A DNA stretch of 64,000 bases from a virus (lineage: Duplodnaviria; Heunggongvirae; Uroviricota; Caudoviricetes). A model generated the notes under the pieces. It saw only the letters and a program-made list of their open reading frames with translations. It searched no databases and was not told the origin of the DNA. A program made the translations under genes and the position numbers. Below, piece after piece: positions 18,873 to 28,171 of the stretch (position 1 is its first letter; every line of letters starts with the position of its first letter). The stretch lies in IMG/VR virus record IMGVR_UViG_2851976983_000001, positions 36,474 through 100,473 of that record. The stretch is one strand, 5' to 3'.

Positions 18873-19667
18873 TTACCAGGTAGCCCAGCCAGTCATTTTG
18901 TCCTGAGCGGCTTCGAACCGGTATGGTTCCAGTAAATCGTTGGCATGGTGGACGGCGTAGGATTTTGCCTCCTGTTTAATCATCGGCAGCTCGTTGGCCA
19001 GGCGTGCCACCTGCCCTGCAAAACTGGCGAGCACACCGTCACATGTCTGACCCGCGTCGACAATGATGCGCACCAGGTCTAAGTCGCTGCGGCACATATC
19101 GCAGATGATGCCGTATTCCACCTCACGAATGCGCTCAACGGCTTTTTTGGTATCGCCACTGACCACCAACTCCAGCAAACCAGGTGGGGTTGTCAGATCT
19201 GTAACGCGTTCGGTAACTTCAGGCAGTTCGACAATGCTCAGGAACGCCGCGATAGAAGGATCATCCTCTACGCCAGCCCTGCCTTTGATCGCGCGAAGAG
19301 TCGCGTCGACAATTTCCTCAAACCGTTCACCTTCATCGCACACTGCCTGATTGGTGTAGACAACGCGACCGTCGTACCATGCACCGGCGCGTACTTCGAC
19401 CGTTGCGTCCTTCATTTTGCGAGTGAACGCCACGAGTGCCGCGCGTTTCTGTTTAACACCAGGCAGCTCCGGGGACTCCCCAAAACGAACCCAGACCCGC
19501 ATGTATTTCGAGCCTTCCGAAAGAGGTGCGGTGCTCACAGACGTGGCGATGTGCTCCAGCGCAGTCTGGATCGCCTCATCGATAATCTTCTGGCGCTCTT
19601 CTGTATCAATTTCTACGCCTGATTTGTCGATGATTTCGGTAACGGACTTCTGAATATCTGCTTTCAT
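18873..19667 (-). CDS. hypothetical protein
   Basis: 264-aa ORF; perfect ATAAGTA-N6-TACTTAT palindrome upstream at 19711..19730. Confidence 0.5.
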   Translation of the reverse strand: MKADIQKSVTEIIDKSGVEIDTEERQKIIDEAIQTALEHIATSVSTAPLSEGSKYMRVWVRFGESPELPGVKQKRAALVAFTRKMKDATVEVRAGAWYDGRVVYTNQAVCDEGERFEEIVDATLRAIKGRAGVEDDPSIAAFLSIVELPEVTERVTDLTTPPGLLELVVSGDTKKAVERIREVEYGIICDMCRSDLDLVRIIVDAGQTCDGVLASFAGQVARLANELPMIKQEAKSYAVHHANDLLEPYRFEAAQDKMTGWATW

Positions 19668-19850
19668 AAAGGTTCCTCAATTCCTTCGTCGAGCATATTC
19701 TTACAGAAATATAAGTATGTATCTACTTATCAATGTAGGCGTTTAGTTTCGTTTATAAAAAATGCTCTTAATCTTGTCCAGTTGTAGCTGTCAGGTCACT
19801 TCTATATGATTTCACTTAACTAATACGTTAAACACACAAGGCTTAGGTCT

Positions 19851-20903
19851 ATGACAACGTTGTCCAAAAACGTGATGCAACACAGGAAGGTATTGAAAGA
19901 AACTGGTTTGGCGTTTGCCAAATCTATACCGCTTGTTGGACCTCATATTGAGGCAGCGGAAAAAATGTTCACGTTGTTCTCAGAGATAAATGCGACGACT
20001 TGTCGTGATCGATTCAACCGTTACATTATGGGCATTGGTGAAATTTGCGACGATGAGGTCGATATCTCAAGAGAACACTTTTCGGCGTTAGTCAAAAAGC
20101 TCGTGCTTGATGATGAAGACAAGAAAACAGAATACTACATTCGCTTGACGGTAAGCCTAGCCCGCAGCAGCCTTAACGACGATGAAAAACTATTTTTTAT
20201 CCACATACTGAGTGGGTTAACCTGCTTTGATATTGAATATGCGCGCAAACTTTACATCACAACAAGCTCGCCAATAAAAGGCTATAAATCAACTGTATTA
20301 GCCCAAGTTAGCCTCACATCACAAAAAAGTGGAATGGCTCTGAGATCGCTAAATAAGCTCATAACCTCGGGTCTCGTCTACGAAGACAGGGCTGGCGAGA
20401 TCCAAGCGAACCCCATGTTCAAATTAACAGATGAACTTGAGCGTCTTTTAGGATTTATTTTTCACAAGGATGATTTGGAGCCTGAAGCTTTATCTATTGA
20501 GCCAAAGGAAGAATACGACGTCATTATCATTGAAAGCAGCGAAATCTATAGTGGGGCATATCCAAACAGCATTTATCGTAGTTTGAAAGCCGCCGGCATT
20601 AAGGTTTGCATAGAAAAAAATGAAGACTGCATTACAACCAAGCTGGCAAAGTACTTCATCTCAGTCAAAACAGGGAGCGGACTCAATGGTGAAGGTGAGT
20701 GGATTGAATTTGGGCAAATTTACGTCCTCAAACGCCTAGATTCAAGCAGTAAACGTTTCTATGAAAATGAGCACAGTGAGACAGTCAGTATCAGCAATTT
20801 TAAACCTAAGGATAACGACCAAACATATGATGCAAGTTTGCTAAATATAGCACTAAATAATATCGCTGCGTTTGTCCTGAACCGTCTGTCTCCCACAACT
20901 TAA
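19851..20903 (+). CDS. hypothetical protein; orphan plus-strand AT-rich gene
   Basis: 350-aa ORF opposite to the surrounding minus-strand replication genes; no motif I recognise. Confidence 0.6.
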   Translation: MTTLSKNVMQHRKVLKETGLAFAKSIPLVGPHIEAAEKMFTLFSEINATTCRDRFNRYIMGIGEICDDEVDISREHFSALVKKLVLDDEDKKTEYYIRLTVSLARSSLNDDEKLFFIHILSGLTCFDIEYARKLYITTSSPIKGYKSTVLAQVSLTSQKSGMALRSLNKLITSGLVYEDRAGEIQANPMFKLTDELERLLGFIFHKDDLEPEALSIEPKEEYDVIIIESSEIYSGAYPNSIYRSLKAAGIKVCIEKNEDCITTKLAKYFISVKTGSGLNGEGEWIEFGQIYVLKRLDSSSKRFYENEHSETVSISNFKPKDNDQTYDASLLNIALNNIAAFVLNRLSPTT

Positions 20904-20904
20904 A

Positions 20905-22086
20905 CTACACGAGTGACTCGATACCGAGCACTTTGCATTTTAACTCCAGCTGTTTGGAGTAAGGCTTGGCACGATAATAGGCTTTGAGGATCTGCTCTGG
21001 CGTCGCGTCGCCGGGGTCGAGACCTTCTTCGCCCAGACAGGCCACTTTGACATTTAGTCCGATGCTGGTGAGGCGTTTGGCCGCCGACATGGTGTTGCGG
21101 ATCGCTTGCTTCTCGCTATCCCACATCATGATGACGTTGCGTAATCCACGCGCCTTGAGCGTCAGGAACGCGCCCAACTGATCTTCAGCGTCCTCATTCA
21201 TATTTCCGGACAAGTGCATCCCGAACGTGCCAATTGGCTCTACATAATCCCTCAGCGTCTTTTCGTCGAAGATGGCTCGCTTCACGCCCATTACGTCAAA
21301 TGCCCCTTCACACACAACGACTGTTTGTTTCCCGACTGCGTTGTGGCCGTTGTAGAGAAACTTACCCGACGCCGGCAGCTGCATAGGGAAGAGATAACGG
21401 CGTTCTGCTGCACCGGTAATGTCACGCCCCTGGAAGGTCTTCATCACGCCATCCAGATCGTAAACCGGTATCAGGATGCGCATATCAAACACCTGCCCTT
21501 TGACCTGGTCTGTGTACGGATCGACGTATGCGTGCTTGCCTTCGACGCAGTAACGCAGATCAAAGTATTTGGCCAGATCCGGGGAGATATGGCGCTCCAC
21601 CAGATAATCAGGAAGACGACCGTCAATGGGGAGTTCGTAATGTCGAGGGAGAGCTACTGGCCCTTCGAGTTCAACCTTGCTGGCCAGCACGACCTCTTCC
21701 TTCTTCGGCGCCCATCCTTGTGAGATCAGCGCGTTCTGCACATATTCCTCGAACTGTCGTCGTGATTTACCGCTGTAGTGCTTGAGGAAGACCAGCTTAT
21801 TGAACTGAATCTCTTCGGGATGATCACCAGCAAAGCATTTGCCGACGCCACTGGTCAGATTGAAATATACCTTCCAGTTGGAGCTGCCACATACCGGACA
21901 CTCCTTGATATTCACTTCACGACCGCGAGCACTCACGCCTCCACGTCGATAAACGATACCTTCAGTGTCCAACCATTGTTCAAAATCTAATTCGGTAATT
22001 AGCTCTTTCAGCTCGCTCACGATAATTCCACTTTTAATAGGCAATATTGTGACCAACCTAAATGTTGATATAACATAAAGGCTCAT
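20905..22086 (-). CDS. DNA primase (zinc-ribbon + TOPRIM)
   Basis: CPVCGSS...CFAGDH zinc-binding motif and TOPRIM VVVCEGAFD; start uncertain (ATG at 22086 or GTG near 22021; the ORF-track start 22158 lies beyond a hairpin). Confidence 0.7.
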   Translation of the reverse strand: MSLYVISTFRLVTILPIKSGIIVSELKELITELDFEQWLDTEGIVYRRGGVSARGREVNIKECPVCGSSNWKVYFNLTSGVGKCFAGDHPEEIQFNKLVFLKHYSGKSRRQFEEYVQNALISQGWAPKKEEVVLASKVELEGPVALPRHYELPIDGRLPDYLVERHISPDLAKYFDLRYCVEGKHAYVDPYTDQVKGQVFDMRILIPVYDLDGVMKTFQGRDITGAAERRYLFPMQLPASGKFLYNGHNAVGKQTVVVCEGAFDVMGVKRAIFDEKTLRDYVEPIGTFGMHLSGNMNEDAEDQLGAFLTLKARGLRNVIMMWDSEKQAIRNTMSAAKRLTSIGLNVKVACLGEEGLDPGDATPEQILKAYYRAKPYSKQLELKCKVLGIESLV

Positions 22087-22167
22087 GTGTTTTTCTTTTG
22101 TGGTTTGGCAAAAGAAAAGTTGTTTCACCAATGAATCAAGCGTGGAGGTGTTCTCCACGCTTATTTT

Positions 22168-23508
22168 TTAGGTAACGTCTAAGATTCGCTCAATGAAGCG
22201 CATTTGTTCGAGTTTTTGTTTAACGCGAATGCTGATCCCTCCCTGCTGGTTACGTGAACCAGCAAAGTAGAGACGAGCCTCTCCTTTCGCTTCTTCTTCT
22301 TCGGTTTTGTTGATCGTTATTACCAGGTCAGCAATACGTACTTTTTCGATGTTGTCGGCGGCGTGCATCATTGTGGCAACTTCTGACGCGCCACCTTCAC
22401 GGTTTGTCTGCGATGCCGTGATTCCAGCAACGTTATGTTTGTCATAAAGAGCACGTAAATCGGTGTAGATACTACGAATGTTGGCGCGATCATCACGAAG
22501 GTCATAACTGGCACGCATCAAATCTGCGTAGTCGACAACAACCATGTCAGGCACCATGCCGTTGGCTTTCATGCTGTTAAGCATACGGTCCAGATCTGCC
22601 GGTGACATACTTCCTGACGGACGCTCAACCACCCACAAACTACCAATCCCCTTCGTGGCTCCCAACTCTGCCAACTTACGATGAACCTCATCGCGCCGTT
22701 CCACCAGCTTGGACATTTCCGTCTCCGACAATCTTGCATCAAAACGGTCGGATAAAATGGTAGTGTGAACCTCCAGCGAGAGATACAGAACATTGTAGCC
22801 AGCAAGCGTTGCGTTTATGGAAAACTCACCCATTGCGGTCGATTTACCGGATTTAGCGAACCCCATGAAGAGCACCATTTCACGCTTCGCCCAGCCTTTT
22901 TGGTACAGCAACCTATCGAGCAGAGGGAGTCCAGTTGTAATGCTGTTTGGCACATACTCCTCTGAAGCCTCATATTCACGCGCTTTCAATCGCTCACTTG
23001 CGGAGGTGTAGTAGTCATAGATTCCGGTCGCTTCGTTCGATCCAATCTGCTGAACCTTGGCCATGATTGCCATCGCCCCCTGAAAGTCGCCTTTCTCTTT
23101 CAGTTCAGCAGCCTTAATCAGAGCATCATCAAACGCTACGCTTTTTGCGAAGGTTGATACCTGGTCAACCATGTACGAGGTATCGGACAATTTTTCTGCA
23201 AGGATGCGCTTAAACGCAGCAACAACATCGGCGAATAGTTCCTCACGGATAGTCTTATCGCGTTTCGCACGCTTAAGCATATCCAGAATTGCAGATGAAG
23301 AGGGCGCGCTCTTGTACATACGGTAATAGCCCGAAACCATATTAACCAATATGGCATTGGCCGCATTGGCAAATTGGCTAGGCACAACCAGATCTCCCGC
23401 ACGAGTAAGAAACTCGTGATCACGACAAAAATATGCCGTCAGTCTGTTCTGGAAATCTTCATCAAACTCTTCGGACAGCCCGCGTCCTGTATGGCAAAGT
23501 TCGGTCAT
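22168..23508 (-). CDS. DnaB-type replicative helicase
   Basis: Walker A GFAKSGKST and RecA-like C-terminal core; 446 aa. Confidence 0.85.
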   Translation of the reverse strand: MTELCHTGRGLSEEFDEDFQNRLTAYFCRDHEFLTRAGDLVVPSQFANAANAILVNMVSGYYRMYKSAPSSSAILDMLKRAKRDKTIREELFADVVAAFKRILAEKLSDTSYMVDQVSTFAKSVAFDDALIKAAELKEKGDFQGAMAIMAKVQQIGSNEATGIYDYYTSASERLKAREYEASEEYVPNSITTGLPLLDRLLYQKGWAKREMVLFMGFAKSGKSTAMGEFSINATLAGYNVLYLSLEVHTTILSDRFDARLSETEMSKLVERRDEVHRKLAELGATKGIGSLWVVERPSGSMSPADLDRMLNSMKANGMVPDMVVVDYADLMRASYDLRDDRANIRSIYTDLRALYDKHNVAGITASQTNREGGASEVATMMHAADNIEKVRIADLVITINKTEEEEAKGEARLYFAGSRNQQGGISIRVKQKLEQMRFIERILDVT

Positions 23509-23551
23509 GTGCTTTCCTTTGTTTTTTAAACAAATTGTTTTCTAGTATTAG

Positions 23552-24292
23552 TTAATTAGATAGGGGATCAATAAACCGCCGTGCTTCTTCCAGTTCTTCT
23601 GGAAAGTGGGCGGAAATAAGGCGCTCTGGAACGATTTCCATTAGCCAGATAGCGGAGAAAATTGCGCGTATGCGCTTGCTGCGGGGGATGGTGCGTAAAC
23701 GCTCCAGAATCCACTCAAAATAGCTTTCCTGGATCGGGTTGAACTGCATGTCTCCCATATGCTTAAAGCTAACCAGAGAGTCATCCAGACGGGTTGTTGC
23801 GCGTCTGGCTAATTTCTCTTCAAATATCTCAATCAGTTCTGGCTGCCATAAATGCTGTGGGCGCGGCAGCTTGTCCCACAGCCGTCGTGCAGCTGCGGAA
23901 AGAACGGTGGAGATAAAGTAGTCGTATGAGCAGCAATAGCGGTCAGCAAACTGGCGTGCTTTCCATAGAGACGTTTTATTGGCAGTCGACAACTCCTGAT
24001 AAGGCAGGCGTTTTAACCCGGTGGTGAACGGAGCTGTTTCAAAGTGTTCTCGACCGTGCGTCAGCATGATATTTGAGTACTGACGTTTGTATGCCTCCGT
24101 AAAAAGACAGGTGGCCATGAGAGGATGCATGTCGCGGTAATCAAACCACTTCGTCTCGAAGAGTTCAGCCTCGTCTTTACAGCGCGACAAACCAATGTTT
24201 TCAGCGACCCACTTGTCCATAACAGCGGTATTCCACTCTGTCATGAAGTCGTACTGGTCGTTGTCGATGGTATCGAAAAAGATTTGGCTCAT
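23552..24292 (-). CDS. hypothetical protein (possible helicase loader by position)
   Basis: 246-aa ORF immediately upstream of the helicase; GATAAGTAAGTAA motif ~20 nt upstream of the ATG. Confidence 0.45.
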   Translation of the reverse strand: MSQIFFDTIDNDQYDFMTEWNTAVMDKWVAENIGLSRCKDEAELFETKWFDYRDMHPLMATCLFTEAYKRQYSNIMLTHGREHFETAPFTTGLKRLPYQELSTANKTSLWKARQFADRYCCSYDYFISTVLSAAARRLWDKLPRPQHLWQPELIEIFEEKLARRATTRLDDSLVSFKHMGDMQFNPIQESYFEWILERLRTIPRSKRIRAIFSAIWLMEIVPERLISAHFPEELEEARRFIDPLSN

Positions 24293-24408
24293 GTGGCTCG
24301 CCTGGTAGGTAGTTACTTACTTATCACAATGAGCGAATGATAGCGACTGGTGGCAGTTTTTGGAAGTGGAAACGGAAGGGAGTTGTTCTGGTGGTGTCTT
24401 TTAAAAGA

Positions 24409-24463
24409 CCTGCTTCCGTATATATTTAATAAGTTACTTATTATTTATATATACAGAAGCAGG
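24409..24463. repeat. 55-bp palindromic element, copy A
   Basis: CCTGCTTCCGTATATATTTAATAAGTTACTTATTATTTATATATACAGAAGCAGG; near-identical copy at 61865..61919. Confidence 0.8.
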
Positions 24464-24574
24464 CATAACTTGTCGTCTTAGACGCCCAGAAGCTCTACAC
24501 TTTGAGCCTGTTAAATTGATTAAAAACTTATGTGTAAAATAGAACGCATTAGTCAGTAGCTAAGAGATGCAATA

Positions 24575-25342
24575 ATGGACGATTTATCGGTATACGCGAG
24601 ATCATTGGATAAGGCTAAATACTATGTTTACTGTCTCTATGATACAGAAGACAAGATGAAAAGACCGTTTTACATAGGAAAAGGCAAATCGACTCGTTGT
24701 CTCGATCACATCAAGTATCCCGATGACTCTCCCAAATCCATGCGGATCAAAGAACTTTTGGCTAATAAAAAATTAGGCATAGATATACTTCGTCATGGTA
24801 TGGATGAAACCACAGCCAAACTTGTTGAGGCGACATGCATCGACCTTATGGGGGTCGGAGAGCTTACGAATAAGGTTCGAGGAAGTGGTTCCATGATGGG
24901 CAGAATATCACTGGACGCCTACCATCACTTAGTGCTGCAAGAGGAAACTGAAATTGCTCCTGAGCACGCCGGTCTTGCCTTCCTGCTAAACAGCACCTAC
25001 AAGTCAGGAATGTCCGCTCTGGCATTATATGAAGCTACGCGTGGCGTATGGGCAAAGGTTCCAAGAGACGAGAATCTCAAATATGCCTACGCTACATATG
25101 GTGGGCTGATAATGGAAGTTTATCAGATTGAATGCTGGGTCAAAGCCGGTTCTCAGCAGTACTTTACAAGGGATATAGCTCTTGGCCCCGACACAAAACG
25201 TTATGAATTTGTTGGCAGAATAGCCGATGAGCATATTAGAAAACTGTATGTAGGCAAATTAATCAAGAAGCCACCAAGCTACGGTAGCCCTTTTGTGAAG
25301 GTTGGGGTGGTTAGGACTGAACATAGTGTTAGCGCGGCATAA
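24575..25342 (+). CDS. GIY-YIG nuclease-domain protein (homing-endonuclease-like)
   Basis: N-terminal YYVYCLYD...PFYIGKGKSTRCLDH resembles the GIY-(x10-13)-YIG...R core; plus strand, own terminator. Confidence 0.45.
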   Translation: MDDLSVYARSLDKAKYYVYCLYDTEDKMKRPFYIGKGKSTRCLDHIKYPDDSPKSMRIKELLANKKLGIDILRHGMDETTAKLVEATCIDLMGVGELTNKVRGSGSMMGRISLDAYHHLVLQEETEIAPEHAGLAFLLNSTYKSGMSALALYEATRGVWAKVPRDENLKYAYATYGGLIMEVYQIECWVKAGSQQYFTRDIALGPDTKRYEFVGRIADEHIRKLYVGKLIKKPPSYGSPFVKVGVVRTEHSVSAA

Positions 25343-25359
25343 AGCTGACACAGTAGTTA

Positions 25360-25396
25360 TGCATTGGCGCAACGTACGCGCCAATGCATGATTTTT
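25360..25396 (+). terminator. rho-independent terminator of the GIY-YIG gene
   Basis: TGCATTGGCGC-AACGTAC-GCGCCAATGCA followed by TGATTTTT. Confidence 0.6.
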
Positions 25397-25754
25397 AACC
25401 TTTTTTCATCAACTCTCGTTTGATTTCATCGGTACGCATCGTGACATCGGCAGCTGTGATCGCCTCGTTAAGTTTCACGATGTCCTCGATTTCCTGCGGT
25501 GACTTCTCTGCCAGATGGAAAATGGCTGCGCGAATCACGTCTGAACGGGTGAACTTCTCGAAGCGAGGGATGAACTTCATCATCTCCAGCAGTTCGAAGT
25601 ATTCGTCCTCCAGTGACATTGTGCGGCTTTTAATTTTCTCTTTGCCACGAGTCGGGCGTCCCTGTGGTCTGACTGGTTGGCGCAAAGGAGTTGTGTTCTT
25701 AGCCGGTGCATCAGGCTCTTTGCGCTTTGCTAGGTCACCCATTTTCATGGACAT
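25395..25754 (-). CDS. small partition/centromere-binding protein candidate (ParG/ParB-like)
   Basis: 119 aa, basic N-terminus; translationally coupled to the ParA gene (ATGA overlap). Confidence 0.4.
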   Translation of the reverse strand: MSMKMGDLAKRKEPDAPAKNTTPLRQPVRPQGRPTRGKEKIKSRTMSLEDEYFELLEMMKFIPRFEKFTRSDVIRAAIFHLAEKSPQEIEDIVKLNEAITAADVTMRTDEIKRELMKKG

Positions 25755-26422
25755 TATTCTTCTTCCTCCAGACTCAACAGATAATCTACAAATTCTTCAA
25801 ACTCGGCTTCCGCCTTTTTGTCGCGCTCGCTACCGGTCATTTCAAAGATAGAACGACCAGACTCTTCCGCATCATCATAGACGTTGCGGTTATATAGATT
25901 GACTGGCGCAGACTCGATGCCAAACGTCTCAACAATCTCTTTAGCCGCCAGAATGCGAGACACTTGTGATGGCAAAGCCGGGCACTGGTTCATGACCGCG
26001 CGGACCTTCACTTTATCGTTTACATTACGAACATTGTCGATAATAGGATCGATGTCACGCAGAGATTTCAAATCACGACGCTTAGGACGAAGCGGGATAA
26101 TGATAACGTCGGCCATCAGCATCGCTTGTCGCTGAATTTCGGAGTCAAAGCCACCAGCATCTACCACTACATACTCAGCTCTACCCTGAAGCGATTTTAG
26201 GTGCTTAATGATGTCATCCTGAACGTATGCAAAAGGAATCAGCTCAAGGTCTTCGTTCTGTCGACGGTCTTCACACCAGCTCGTTGTCGTGCGCTGAATA
26301 TCTATATCGGTGATATAAACCTTCTTCTTCTTTTTGACTTTCAGGCAAACGGCAATTTGCTGGGCAACGGTGGATTTGCCAGGCCCGCCCTTTGTGCCGC
26401 CAACCACAAAGATCTTGGTCAT
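25754..26422 (-). CDS. parA: ParA-family partition ATPase
   Basis: Deviant Walker A VGGTKGGPGKST; 222 aa, typical of small type Ib ParA. Confidence 0.8.
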   Translation of the reverse strand: MTKIFVVGGTKGGPGKSTVAQQIAVCLKVKKKKKVYITDIDIQRTTTSWCEDRRQNEDLELIPFAYVQDDIIKHLKSLQGRAEYVVVDAGGFDSEIQRQAMLMADVIIIPLRPKRRDLKSLRDIDPIIDNVRNVNDKVKVRAVMNQCPALPSQVSRILAAKEIVETFGIESAPVNLYNRNVYDDAEESGRSIFEMTGSERDKKAEAEFEEFVDYLLSLEEEE

Positions 26423-26568
26423 TGGAGAGTTCCCTTTGCGTATATAATTATCGTCTGAAACAACTTGTTTTCTTATATGTGATATAGCCTAAATGCCTAC
26501 GGCTGTGGTGTAAAGGTTAAATGGTAGGTGCTGCCTTAGAATTTTTAGGCGAGAATCAATGGCTGTTA

Positions 26569-26594
26569 ACAAAAAAGGCGACCAAAGTCGCCTG
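26569..26594 (-). terminator. rho-independent terminator after the 26599..27351 gene
   Basis: On the minus strand: GGCGAC-TTTG-GTCGCC followed by TTTTTT. Confidence 0.6.
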
Positions 26595-26598
26595 ATTT

Positions 26599-27351
26599 TT
26601 AATCTTTTAGGTATAAACCTACTGGAGTTCTTGTTTTGCGGGAGATGATAAGTACGATAAATTTCTGAACGTTAACTTGCACTTTGTTTGGGAGCCAAGA
26701 GCTTAACTCTGCATCAAGCAACAATCCTCTGTTCCACGGCAAAAATCCGGTTTCTTTCCCCATCCCGTACTCGCCTAACACATCCTCGAACGTTTCTGTT
26801 TTGGCATTGTATATACGCACATCGCCGGTTCGCATGAGAGGCCCTGCCCAGATCTTAGCACCAGGAATGGTTTGTGTATCGTCGCAGACTAAATGCTCAT
26901 ACCAATGAAGAAGAAAGAGATAGGTACGGTGACACAATCCTCGCTGACGACGCTCTCTGACAGTTTCGACACCAGCTACCTGGTAACATTCGATCTCATT
27001 ACCGTCTTCAACAAAACTATATTCACGCAGAGCTATCCTACCAGCGATCGTATTTTTGTTTTCGTCCAGAAGCCCGGACTGGAGCACCTCTTTGATAATC
27101 TCTTCTTCAGGGGCATCTTCATCCGCTCGATCTAAGATGAATTCGCTCAGGTCGCCTTGGTCGCGCGCACCTACACGTTCCATAGAGACATACAGGCAAA
27201 TGTCATCTTCTGGTTCAATGATTTCAATTTCTGAGATTTTATAGAGGGAGGCTTCATTGATAAGAAAGCCAAAACGAACAACACGAGTCTCCCCTTTATG
27301 AGGAAACTCGCTTAGATCTTTTGAATATGCGCTATCTAGTGTAGGAGCCAT
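26599..27351 (-). CDS. hypothetical protein
   Basis: 250-aa ORF overlapping the upstream 127-aa gene. Confidence 0.5.
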   Translation of the reverse strand: MAPTLDSAYSKDLSEFPHKGETRVVRFGFLINEASLYKISEIEIIEPEDDICLYVSMERVGARDQGDLSEFILDRADEDAPEEEIIKEVLQSGLLDENKNTIAGRIALREYSFVEDGNEIECYQVAGVETVRERRQRGLCHRTYLFLLHWYEHLVCDDTQTIPGAKIWAGPLMRTGDVRIYNAKTETFEDVLGEYGMGKETGFLPWNRGLLLDAELSSWLPNKVQVNVQKFIVLIISRKTRTPVGLYLKD

Positions 27352-27719
27352 TTTGTAGCAGAATCATCAGCCTTAACCGTGCTGACAATGCTACCATGAT
27401 TGCGTAAGAAGCGGCGAATAGAATGTTCAATAACCTCCGAAAAAGCCTCGATAAAACGAGACAGCTCAGGGTACTGTTTAGCTGGCTTGACTACAAAACG
27501 AACACGACCATTCAGGTAAATTGCTTCAGCTAATGGCTTCACGCTTGCACCAGCGCGCTCAACATCGTCTTTGAAGGTAACGATGAAGCGTGAGTCTTCC
27601 GGTTCAATAGCGTCATTATTGAGCTTACGTACTTCAAGCTTGTGCTGATTCAGCACATGAGTCTCGATAATACTCGTGCAATCGCGAATAGTTTGTATAG
27701 AACGTTTCTCGTTCAGCAT
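27336..27719 (-). CDS. hypothetical protein
   Basis: 127-aa ORF; first gene of a two-gene unit downstream of the lysis cassette. Confidence 0.5.
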   Translation of the reverse strand: MLNEKRSIQTIRDCTSIIETHVLNQHKLEVRKLNNDAIEPEDSRFIVTFKDDVERAGASVKPLAEAIYLNGRVRFVVKPAKQYPELSRFIEAFSEVIEHSIRRFLRNHGSIVSTVKADDSATKWLLH

Positions 27720-27943
27720 GTGTCCACCTTAGCCGTTAACACAAGTGTCATTGCGGCACCCCTCTCGGGGTTGAAGGCTACGAGGATGCGTAGCCTGTAT
27801 GTGCCCACTTACGTGGATGCCTAATAAATCTACATCAAATTACTAAATGATTCAACATGAGCTTGAGTGAACAGGCGTGTATATGAGTGAAGATGCCATC
27901 TTTAGGATAAAAGGTAAACTGAGACCACTCATCAATCATCGCC

Positions 27944-28171
27944 TCAGTTCAGGTGCCCCCACTCACACAGCCTTTCACCTATCGTATTGTGGATAAGCAA
28001 CTGTCGCTCCGTTTCCTCAGTCATAAAATCCTCTCTACTCACATAGATAGGATTTGCAGCATCGCAGAATAGCACGCCTGGAGCCTGCGTCTTAATCACG
28101 CACCCATTTATCAAGCAGCTCGCGATGAACACCAGAGGCATCTTTTTGCCGCACTTCATTAACCGTTTCAT
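27944..28171 (-). CDS. outer-membrane spanin candidate (Rz1-like lipoprotein)
   Basis: MKRLMKCGKKMPLVFIASCLINGC with lipobox, encoded in an alternative frame overlapping the 3' part of the Rz-like gene; start uncertain. Confidence 0.5.
   Translation of the reverse strand: MKRLMKCGKKMPLVFIASCLINGCVIKTQAPGVLFCDAANPIYVSREDFMTEETERQLLIHNTIGERLCEWGHLN

Noticed and set aside
22140-22166. Hairpin AGCGTGGAG-GTGTT-CTCCACGCT between helicase and primase genes as a terminator
   Set aside because: The T-tract is on the plus strand, where no gene ends; on the transcribed minus strand it lacks a U-run, so it is more likely a processing or stability element. It does argue against the ORF-track primase start at 22158.
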